From NCBI RefSeq assembly GCF_001412615.1, contig NZ_CP013011.1, positions 1,320,001-1,352,000 on the forward strand: a DNA stretch of 32,000 nucleotides, given 5' to 3'. Both the position numbers and the translations under genes were made by a program. Positions 15,845-22,319 of this stretch are shown here, one piece after another (positions within the stretch are counted from its first letter, which is position 1; the number at the start of each line of letters is the position of its first letter). This DNA comes from Pyrodictium delaneyi. GTDB lineage: Archaea > Thermoproteota > Thermoprotei_A > Sulfolobales > Pyrodictiaceae. The notes beneath the pieces are model-generated. The model made no database searches. It was given only the letters and a program-made list of their open reading frames with translations, and had not been told where the DNA came from.

Positions 15845-16030
15845 CTTTGTCTGGGTTTATAGTGCTTCTTCCTTTGCGTGTTAGAGGTGTCTGCATCCTA
15901 TCCATGCCGGTGGATAGTGTGGTCATCGCTGATGGTTCCATCGATGGCATTGTTTCTACGTGTTTAGCGTTTTTCTAACAAGTTCCATGGTGGAGAGGAT
16001 ATTTATGTGTTGTCCTCGGTGCCTGGGGCT

Positions 16031-16147
16031 ATGACCGCCAAAAATAAGAGGCTCTGGGCCGGCTATGACGAGGAGCTGTCATGGATCATGTTTCTCTGGG
16101 AGTGTGTGGTTTCTATACTATTGGTCTGGCTTGGTAGCTTGTTTTAA
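16031..16147 (+). other. Leader-embedded 38-codon ORF, copy 1 (paralog at 19753-19869 minus)
   Basis: ATG 16031 to TAA 16145-16147 gives MTAKNKRLWAGYDEELSWIMFLWECVVSILLVWLGSLF. A conserved TATTTATG sits ~23-30 nt upstream of the ATG (leaderless-type spacing). Coding status is unproven: this strand is A-poor, so stop codons are rare by chance. Confidence 0.3.
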
Positions 16148-16163
16148 CCTTGTGTTTGTTGTG

Positions 16164-16784
16164 TTAGGTGTTTGTTTTGTGGTAGAGTGTTAGCCATGGT
16201 GTTGGTAGGATTAGGTTTGCTCGCTGGGTTAGGAGTTGTAGTCGTTGGAGTGTCCGGGTGTGTCTTCGGATTGTCCGCTCTGAGAGGTTGAGGCTTGCTG
16301 CTAGCTGGGGTATTGTTGCCGGGCCGTTGGCGTGTATGTGGTTGGCTATTCTGCGCTGGATTCCGGGTAGGCTGTTTGTCAGTATCGTGTGGACTGTGTG
16401 GAGTGGTATGGTTGTCTCTGTTGTCCGGATTGTTGCTGTTTTTTCTGTCCGTGCTGTGTGGATGAGGAGGGCTAGGGCTATGGCTAGGGTTGTTTCTGGC
16501 GTGGTGTGCTCGATGATCGCGGTTGCCGTGGTCTTGGTGTCTAGTGTGTCGAGTATCTGTGCTATGGCTGTTGCTGGCTCGTGGGGGTTTATGGCTACTA
16601 GTCTTGGCTGGGGGTGGCCTGCTAGCTCTGCCAGGGTGGCTACCTGCTGTAGCGTTGCCTGCATCGGGATGGTTACGGGCTGTTCTGCTACTAGGACTAT
16701 CTCGGCTCCTCCGGTGGCTGTTAGTAGTGCTTTGAGGGCGGGTGTGGGCGTGGGCGTTAGTGGCGCTATGACGGTGTGGCGCGT
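16164..16784 (-). CDS. csa3: Csa3-family regulator (CARF + winged HTH), start codon anomalous
   Basis: The track ORF is 16164-16664 (166 aa), with a C-terminal wHTH (IANHIHANGPATIPQLAASLNLSERTIRRHTRTLQRLQLL). The frame stays open upstream to the TAG at 16800-16802. Those 45 codons (..TRHTVIAPLTPTPTPALKALLTATGGAEIVLVAEQPVTIP) look like the first beta-alpha-beta of Csa3 CARF domains. No ATG/GTG/TTG occurs there. An ACG at 16784-16782 lies 7 nt after a GGAGGGG Shine-Dalgarno-like run. Confidence 0.65.
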   Translation of the reverse strand, partial: TRHTVIAPLTPTPTPALKALLTATGGAEIVLVAEQPVTIPMQATLQQVATLAELAGHPQPRLVAINPHEPATAIAQILDTLDTKTTATAIIEHTTPETTLAIALALLIHTARTEKTATIRTTETTIPLHTVHTILTNSLPGIQRRIANHIHANGPATIPQLAASLNLSERTIRRHTRTLQRLQLLTQRANLILPTPWLTLYHKTNT

Positions 16785-17009
16785 AAGCCTTCCCCTCCTC
16801 TACGTGTATCCTAGTGCTGTATGTATTGTGTTTTACGCTTCTGCGGTCCATCTATCCTTGTTGGCTACGTGCTCGTCGCCTATGGTCCCTGTTGCCTGCT
16901 CCGGGCTTTGCGGGGTGCCTATGGGTGTTGGGTCCCGTGCCGCCGGGGCAGGGTGGTGCTAGATAAGTCACGGTATTACCTTATATCGGGTGGGTTCTGG
17001 GCTGCCTTG

Positions 17010-17903
17010 ATGCTCTCGCCCAGCAGTGTCGGGAGGCTGCTCCGGCGGCTCCACGCGCTGAGGAGCCGCGACCCTGTCCCCGAGGAGCTGAGGGGCTGGA
17101 GCTGGTGGAGCCCGCCGCTGCGGCCCCGGGCCCACTTAGGCCTAGGCGTGAGCGAGGCGGCGATACGCTGGTGCCCTAGCCGCCGCGACCTCTACCTCCG
17201 CCGGGTCCGCGGCCTAGAGCCGCCGCCTAGCAACGGCATGCTCCGCGGGAGAGTCGTGCACGAGGCATTCCGCCGCAGCGCCGTGGACGTGGCTAGGCTC
17301 CACGTGCTAGGCCGAGAGCCCCCAGGCATCGTGGCGGAGCTCGTCGCGGATGCCGAGGAGGCTGCGAGGGGCATAGCTGAGGAAGCAGGCGCCCCGGGGC
17401 TCGAGGACCTAGCAGCCAGGGCCTACACCCGCTTCGTGTTCCTCTGGAGCGGCTGGGTCGAGGAGACAGGGCAGCCCCCATGGTACACCGAGTACGCTAT
17501 CGACGGCTCGCTACTGGGGCTCTCCCCGAGGCTCCGGGTCAACGCGCTCGGGGTAGGCATAGTGGTCGAGGTCAAGCTCGGGGGCTGGAGAGACGACTAC
17601 CCCGCCGCGCTGGCGGGCTACGCGCTCGCCCTAGAGGCTAGCCACGAGATCCCCGTAGACTATGGCCTCGTGCTCCTCGTCTCCGGCGACGCCTCCAGGG
17701 TCGAGGCACACCCCGTCTACCTCGGCGCCGACGAGAGGATAGCCTTCATCGAGGCCAGGGACGAGGCGATAGAGATGTTCCTCAGCGGCCAGGACCCTGG
17801 CACGCCCTCTGAGTGCAGCCGGGGCTGCCCCTTCGCCCGCCTCTGTAGCCCCACAGCGCCGGCGCGAGGCGGCAGCGAGGCAGCAGGGGAGGCGGTGGCT
17901 TGA
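17010..17903 (+). CDS. csa1: Csa1-type Cas4-family nuclease (PD-(D/E)xK with Cys cluster)
   Basis: 297 aa from ATG 17010. TTATAT at ~16980-16986 lies ~25 nt upstream, a leaderless spacing. The track start at 16821 adds 63 Cys/Gly/Val-rich codons from the G+T-rich strand. Motifs: IRWCPSRRDLYL (N-terminal Cys), GIVVEVKLG (D/E-x-K), and C-terminal CSRGCPFARLC. Confidence 0.75.
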   Translation: MLSPSSVGRLLRRLHALRSRDPVPEELRGWSWWSPPLRPRAHLGLGVSEAAIRWCPSRRDLYLRRVRGLEPPPSNGMLRGRVVHEAFRRSAVDVARLHVLGREPPGIVAELVADAEEAARGIAEEAGAPGLEDLAARAYTRFVFLWSGWVEETGQPPWYTEYAIDGSLLGLSPRLRVNALGVGIVVEVKLGGWRDDYPAALAGYALALEASHEIPVDYGLVLLVSGDASRVEAHPVYLGADERIAFIEARDEAIEMFLSGQDPGTPSECSRGCPFARLCSPTAPARGGSEAAGEAVA

Positions 17904-18889
17904 CCCGCGTCCTCGTAGTGGCGGCGCACGGCGCCAGGATACGGGTCCACCGCCGCAGCCTCGTGGTGGAGAGCAACGGGGAGCGGATGGTAGCGCCCCT
18001 CCACGAGGTAGACCGCGTAGTCGTGGCCACGAGCGGGGTCTCGGTGACGAGCAGCGCTATCCGGCTACTAGCCAGGAGCGGGGTGGGCATAGTCTTCCTC
18101 GACGCCCACGGGGAACCCATAGTCTCGCTGGAGCCTCCCTGGATAAACGCGGCAGCAGAGACACGGCTCGCCCAGTACCGGGCTAGCGTGGAGCGGCCCC
18201 TCAACCTCGCCAGGGCCATGGTCGCGGCTAAGCTGGAGAACCAAGCTGGGTTCCTCCGCAGCCTAGCCCGGCGGACCAGCGCAGCCTGGCTACGCGAGGA
18301 GGCGGCCGCGGTCGAGGAGCGGATGCTCCGCGTCTACTCGGCGGGCTCGGCCGAGGAGATACGGGGCCTCGAGGCCCAGGCCGCCCGCCGCTACTGGGGC
18401 TCCCTAGCCAGGCTTCTCCCCCAGAGCCTGGGCTTCCAGGGCCGCGACCACGGGAGCCGGGACCCGGTGAACACTGTCCTCAACTACCTCTACGGCGTGC
18501 TCTACGCCGAGGTCTTCCAGGCCCTCGTGGTCCACGGGCTAGACCCCTACGTCGGGTTCCTCCACGCCCTGCGGCCTGGGAGCCCCGCACTGGTATATGA
18601 CTACGCCGAGATGTTCCGCGTCAGCGCCGTCGACAGCCTAGTCTACACGATGCTCGCGAGCCGGGACGCCCCGGGCATCAGGGTAGACCCTGAGACCGGG
18701 CTGCTAGCCCGCGAGACCCGGGCAGAGCTAGTGAAGCGCATGTACGAGTGGCTGCGCCGCCGCGCCGTGGATTCGAGGGGCCAAGCCGAGCCCCTGGAGA
18801 GGCACATCAGGCTCTATGCCCGCCGGCTAGCCCAGAGCCTCCGCGCCGGTACAGACTACCAGGGCTTCGTAGAGGCCTGGAGGCCGTGA
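17900..18889 (+). CDS. cas1: Cas1 integrase
   Basis: 329 aa with a TTG start overlapping the csa1 stop. NTVLNYLYGVLYAEVFQALVVHGLDPYVGFLHA...PALVYDYAEMFR is the conserved Cas1 C-terminal catalytic region. Confidence 0.9.
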   Translation: MTRVLVVAAHGARIRVHRRSLVVESNGERMVAPLHEVDRVVVATSGVSVTSSAIRLLARSGVGIVFLDAHGEPIVSLEPPWINAAAETRLAQYRASVERPLNLARAMVAAKLENQAGFLRSLARRTSAAWLREEAAAVEERMLRVYSAGSAEEIRGLEAQAARRYWGSLARLLPQSLGFQGRDHGSRDPVNTVLNYLYGVLYAEVFQALVVHGLDPYVGFLHALRPGSPALVYDYAEMFRVSAVDSLVYTMLASRDAPGIRVDPETGLLARETRAELVKRMYEWLRRRAVDSRGQAEPLERHIRLYARRLAQSLRAGTDYQGFVEAWRP

Positions 18890-19179
18890 TCATACTAGTA
18901 GCCTACGATATAAGCGACACGGGCCGCCGCGACCGGGCAGCCAAGCTGCTACAGAGCATGGGGCTGTCGCGTCTCCAGCGGAGCCTCTACGCGGGCCGAG
19001 GCGGCGCAGCCAAGGCCAGGGACATAGCCCGGGCTCTCGAGCGCATCCTGGACCCCGAGACCGACGTAGCAGATATCCTCGTCCTCCCAGACCACGTGTG
19101 GAGCCGCCGCATAGAGGTCGGCAATGGCAGAGCAAGGGTGCCAGGGCGTGCACATCCACCCGGAGTACACCTCGCCTAG
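18886..19179 (+). CDS. cas2: Cas2
   Basis: 97 aa from GTG 18886, with a GTGA overlap on the cas1 stop. VIILVAYDISDTGRRDRAAKLLQSMGLSRLQRSLYAG is the classic Cas2 N-terminus. The track start at 18748 lies inside cas1. Confidence 0.85.
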   Translation: MIILVAYDISDTGRRDRAAKLLQSMGLSRLQRSLYAGRGGAAKARDIARALERILDPETDVADILVLPDHVWSRRIEVGNGRARVPGRAHPPGVHLA

Positions 19180-19735
19180 ACTAGTCACCGCCACTCTCGT
19201 AAAGCTCCACGAGTGGTGCCCACTCCTCGCATGGCTAGCCGCTAACACCCTCCCCCGCATAGCCCCGACACCCTCCATGAGGGAGGGGAGGCGCAGCCAC
19301 ACCAGGGAGGAGCTAAGACGCGTAGCAGAGGAACTAGGCCTAAGACGGCCAGCAGTACAGGTAGCCCTAGCAAGCACACAATACGGCGCCACCGGCACCA
19401 TAGACATAATCGACAAGGAGACAGGGACGATAATAGAGGTCAAAGCAACGGCCAGGAGGAAGCCACACCGCAGCCACCTAGCCCAGCTAGCAGTCTACAC
19501 CCTCCTAGCAGCCGAGAACAACCTCAAACCAAGACGAGCAGCAATAGCGACACCAGAGCCCAGGATAATAGCAGAGCTCCCCGCCGACACCTACACCCTA
19601 CAATGGGCCAGAAACCTCATACAGAGAACCAGGAGGACAATAGAAAGCCCAATCCCACCCCTAGTAACACAGCCCAGAGAGAAATGCCGCTACTGCACAC
19701 ACCGCCACACCTGCCCATACCCAAACCTAGACTAA
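19124..19735 (+). CDS. cas4: Cas4 (RecB-like nuclease with 4-Cys cluster)
   Basis: 203 aa. Motifs: HEWCPLLAW (first Cys), GTIDIIDKETGTIIEVK (D...EVK), HLAQLAVY (QxxxY), CRYCTHRHTC (CxxCx5C). Start uncertain: ATG 19124 overlaps cas2 by 56 nt, and the alternative is GTG ~19148. The 3' two-thirds is strongly A+C-rich. Confidence 0.85.
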   Translation: MAEQGCQGVHIHPEYTSPRLVTATLVKLHEWCPLLAWLAANTLPRIAPTPSMREGRRSHTREELRRVAEELGLRRPAVQVALASTQYGATGTIDIIDKETGTIIEVKATARRKPHRSHLAQLAVYTLLAAENNLKPRRAAIATPEPRIIAELPADTYTLQWARNLIQRTRRTIESPIPPLVTQPREKCRYCTHRHTCPYPNLD

Positions 19736-19752
19736 ACCAGTAAACCACCAGG

Positions 19753-19869
19753 CTAAAACAAGCCAAGATACACAACCAGCGCTACACTATACACACACTC
19801 CCAGAGAAACACAGCCCATGACAGCTCCCCGCCATAGCCGGCCCGGAGCCTCTTATTTTTTGCGACCAT
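19753..19869 (-). other. Leader-embedded 38-codon ORF, copy 2
   Basis: ATG at 19869 (minus strand) to TAG at 19755-19753 gives MVAKNKRLRAGYGGELSWAVFLWECVYSVALVVYLGLF. It has the same length as the leader 1 copy and 25/38 identical residues. TATTTATG sits at the same upstream distance. Confidence 0.3.
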
Positions 19870-20046
19870 AGCCTCAGGCACCGAGGACAAAACATAAATA
19901 CAACCACAATCATCAAATAGTTTAGAAAAGCATTATGCATGCAGAAACAATACTATCGATGAGACCATCAGTAATGATCACACTATCCCCCGGCATAGCT
20001 ACAATGTAGACACCCGAGACACCAGCTAGAAGACTCTCAAGAAAAC

Positions 20047-20055
20047 AATAAATAC
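20047..20055 (+). promoter_or_regulatory. Putative TATA box for pre-crRNA of array 2
   Basis: AATAAATAC lies 37-45 nt upstream of the first repeat (20092), mirroring the element in leader 1. Confidence 0.45.
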
Positions 20056-20091
20056 AGCTATAACAGAGGCACATAGAGTGGACAACATGCA

Positions 20092-20665
20092 GAATCATAA
20101 CAAATAGAACTGAAAGACCGCTCCCCGCCCCCTACGCAGATTTCTCGATTAGCTCGCCCACGCGAATCATAACAAATAGAACTGAAAGACTTCACCGCTG
20201 TCTCTCACTTCAACCTCTGACAGTAGATGGAATCATAACAAATAGAACTGAAAGCTCCACGTAGAGCTTCTTTACTAAGAACGACTTCCCGGCCCGTCTG
20301 AATCATAACAAATAGAACTGAAAGACCTTAACGACGCGAAAACCATGCCTGAACACCTTATCGGATACGAATCATAACAAATAGAACTGAAAGTATCTCC
20401 CTTCCTTGATGTACTCTAACATTTTTTCGCTAATGGTGAATCATAACAAATAGAACTGAAAGCTGTCAAACTTCAGTGCCTCTGGTCTAGCAAAAAACGC
20501 TAGCCTGAATCATAACAAATAGAACTGAAAGTACTCGCCGTCCAAGTCCTTGATGAACGCCACTGAGTCCAGGTGAATCATAACAAATAGAACTGAAAGA
20601 TTAGGTAGCCCGGAGCCGGGAGAAACCAATGGCTGCTGTAGAATCATAACAAATAGAACTGGAAG
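20092..20665 (+). CRISPR. CRISPR array 2 (9 repeats, 8 spacers), transcribed on the plus strand
   Basis: GAATCATAACAAATAGAACTGAAAG starts at 20092, 20164, 20230, 20300, 20369, 20438, 20507, 20575 and 20641* (* the terminal copy ends GGAAG, 1 mismatch). Spacers are 47, 41, 45, 44, 44, 44, 43 and 41 nt. Confidence 0.95.
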
Positions 20666-20683
20666 GCGTTAACAATTCTGGGC

Positions 20684-21277
20684 TCATTCTGTGTGGGTGC
20701 AGATTATGCCCCATATCGACCAGTATACGTAGGCTATGTATGCTAGGAGGAGTATGGTTGCTAGTAGGAGTGTCCACTTTACTGTCTTTACAATGTATCT
20801 GGCCCGAGAAGGTAGGCGTTTTCTCGAGGTGTTGATTTTTCCGGAAAGTCGTATGAATAGGCTCTCTACTGCGGAGTCGCAGAGCATCCATACTGCGTAG
20901 AGCGTAGGGGAGGAGAGTGCTGTGATGGCGAAATAGGTGAAGGCGAGTACTGACTTGTCGGTACCCTCTTTGGCTAACCCGGAGACGAGGAGAGCAGCGG
21001 CTAGGCTCGGTAATATGATTGTGAAGGATATTGTTGCTGTGGTGTCGAGTATCTTTGCCTCTATGCCTCTAGTCTCGCGGCGTCTCAGCCTAGAGTCTGC
21101 ACTGAGGAACAGTATGGTGAACCATGGCCCTACTAGAGCCCAGAGGAGGGCAATCTCTTTCTGCGCGCATGGGCCTAGGGCTGCTACGGCTATGGGTGTT
21201 AAGGCGTGGAGGCTAATGAGCAGCACCATGGCGTTAGCAAAGTCTACGATTTTTCCAACTATCTGCATGCTATGCAC
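20684..21277 (-). CDS. Hypothetical multi-pass membrane protein
   Basis: 197 aa with about five hydrophobic segments (e.g. AMVLLISLHALTPIAVAAL, WALVGPWFTILFL, ISFTIILPSLAAALLV, WTLLLATILLLAYIAYVYW). The stop lies 18 nt beyond the array 2 trailer repeat. Its 3' end and flanks have lower G+C (sampled lines 43-48%). Confidence 0.5.
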   Translation of the reverse strand: MHSMQIVGKIVDFANAMVLLISLHALTPIAVAALGPCAQKEIALLWALVGPWFTILFLSADSRLRRRETRGIEAKILDTTATISFTIILPSLAAALLVSGLAKEGTDKSVLAFTYFAITALSSPTLYAVWMLCDSAVESLFIRLSGKINTSRKRLPSRARYIVKTVKWTLLLATILLLAYIAYVYWSIWGIICTHTE

Positions 21278-21683
21278 CTGGTCGCGGTCTCTGAAGCCCG
21301 GATAGGCCTATGTATGCTGTGCTCCTCGGGACTGTCTAGATGGGGGTAATGATATTAGACCTAGAAGATGTATCTGGTGAATGGGTGTTTGATGGTTTTT
21401 CTATCTCTTGTCTCGGTGTCCGCGCTCTCTGTCTATCACTTGGCTAGAGTACGTAAAATACTTCTATTACGCTATCATGCTTAGCGATTATACCAACAAT
21501 GTAGCCATCGCTGTTGGGAAGTAGTAAAATTGTCTGGCATGATGGTTTCTATTATGCCGTGTACGCATCTATGAAGCCAAAGATGTCGAGGCCCCTGGTA
21601 GAGAGGGGCTCAGAGGCCTACATCGTGTACATGGACGAGGGCACGGGGATAATCCTGGAGCCGGTATATAGGAGGGGCCAGGG

Positions 21684-21890
21684 CTAGGCCCGGGCTGCCG
21701 CTGTGGCTTCTGCGAGGAGCTGCTCTAGCCTCTTCTTGGCCTCCTCGTAGCTTATTCTCCAGCTTTTCCACTCCTCGTAGATGCGCCACGCCTCTTCGCC
21801 CTTCCCGGCATCCTCGGCCTCGACTACGTAGCCTAGTAGCTCTCCGGCTTGGTCGCGTAGCCTCCTCCACTCCCTGTATAGCCTTCCCAC
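21684..21890 (-). CDS. Hypothetical small helical protein
   Basis: 68 aa with a GTG start 1 nt after the stop of the PIN-like ORF. Charged, helical-looking sequence (EEWKSWRISYEEAKKRLEQLL). No motif recognised. Confidence 0.35.
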   Translation of the reverse strand: MGRLYREWRRLRDQAGELLGYVVEAEDAGKGEEAWRIYEEWKSWRISYEEAKKRLEQLLAEATAAARA

Positions 21891-21891
21891 C

Positions 21892-22319
21892 CTAGGGGCA
21901 CCCCGTGTAGTGGTTCACGTAGAGCAGGCCATATTCCCTCGCCCGCCTGGCTATGAACCTGTCCACCGCCACGACGCCGTGGCAGCCCAGCTCCACCGCC
22001 GCGAGCAGGTGCATGAGGTCTAGCCTCCTCCGGGGGCTCCAGCCCCGCTCCGCTGCCATCCTATAGGCTCTCCTAGCTAGAGCCCTCACGTCTACTCCTA
22101 CGTTCTCCACGCCCAGCCTCTCCAGCAGCTCTACAGCCTCCCTCATGGTCTCGGGCCTCCACGGCTCCTCCCAGTGCACGCTACTAACCAGGCACCGGTG
22201 CCGGCGGCAGCACTCCTCGAGGAACCCCCGGGCCCCGGGGGGTCCTCCAGGGCACGTATCACGACGCTGGTGTTGAGGTAGAGCCGTAGCCGACCAGCTG
22301 TGGCCACGGCAGTGTTCAC
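21892..22319 (-). pseudogene. PIN-domain (VapC-like) gene interrupted by a 1-nt frameshift in a G/C homopolymer tract
   Basis: The C-terminal two-thirds of track ORF 21892-22341 reads like a PIN domain (RRRLDLMHLLAAVELGCHGVVAVDRFIARRAREYG). The N-terminal third is junk. A different frame from GTG 22319 gives VNTAVATAGRLRLYLNTSVVIRALEDPPGPGG, a PIN beta1-alpha1 with N in place of the usual D. Adding one nt in the run at 22225-22242 joins the two frames into a ~143-aa PIN protein. Confidence 0.45.

Larger units (their letters stand above)
15798..16163 (-). promoter_or_regulatory. CRISPR leader 1 (inverted homolog of leader 2)
   Basis: Fills the whole gap between the first repeat and the csa3 stop. 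By eye it aligns over essentially its full length to the reverse complement of 19736-20091. Shared blocks include ATGCCGG.GGATAGTGTG.TCAT..CTGATGGT..CATCGAT and TGTCCTCGGTGCCTG.GGCTATG..CGC.AAAAATAAGAGGCTC.GGGCCGGCTATG.CG.GGAGCTGTCATGG. Both junctions read ...ATGCA|GAATC. Confidence 0.7.
19736..20091 (+). promoter_or_regulatory. CRISPR leader 2 (inverted homolog of leader 1)
   Basis: Fills the gap between the cas4 stop and the first repeat of array 2. Its reverse complement aligns with 15798-16163 (see leader 1). Confidence 0.7.

Noticed and set aside
16144-16962. A 235-aa minus-strand ORF (16144-16851) with His/Thr/Pro/Asn-rich low-complexity sequence, and a 234-aa plus-strand ORF (16258-16962) that is Val/Cys/Gly/Trp-rich.
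   Set aside because: Both overlap the csa3 frame, which has recognisable CARF and wHTH features. The extreme A+C / G+T strand skew removes stop codons from the alternative frames, so these long ORFs are expected artefacts.
16821-17009. Track start at 16821 for the csa1/cas4-like gene.
   Set aside because: The extra 63 codons are Cys/Gly/Val-rich products of the G+T-rich strand. ATG 17010 has a TTATAT box ~25 nt upstream and gives a Csa1-like N-terminus (MLSPSSVGRLLRRL).
18748-18885. Track start at 18748 for cas2, and similarly track start at 14657 for the mini-CARF gene.
   Set aside because: Both extensions lie inside the preceding gene in another frame and add Arg/Pro-rich junk. GTG 18886 (GTGA overlap with the cas1 stop) and ATG 14738 give canonical N-termini.
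20601-20891. A 96-aa minus-strand ORF overlapping the end of array 2.
   Set aside because: It runs through the terminal CRISPR spacer and repeat and overlaps the better-supported membrane-protein ORF.
21564-21680. A ~38-codon plus-strand ORF (MKPKMSRPLVERGSEAYIVYMDEGTGIILEPVYRRGQG) convergent with the 68-aa ORF.
   Set aside because: It is short with no recognisable fold or partner, and coordinates are approximate. It could be real but is unsupported.
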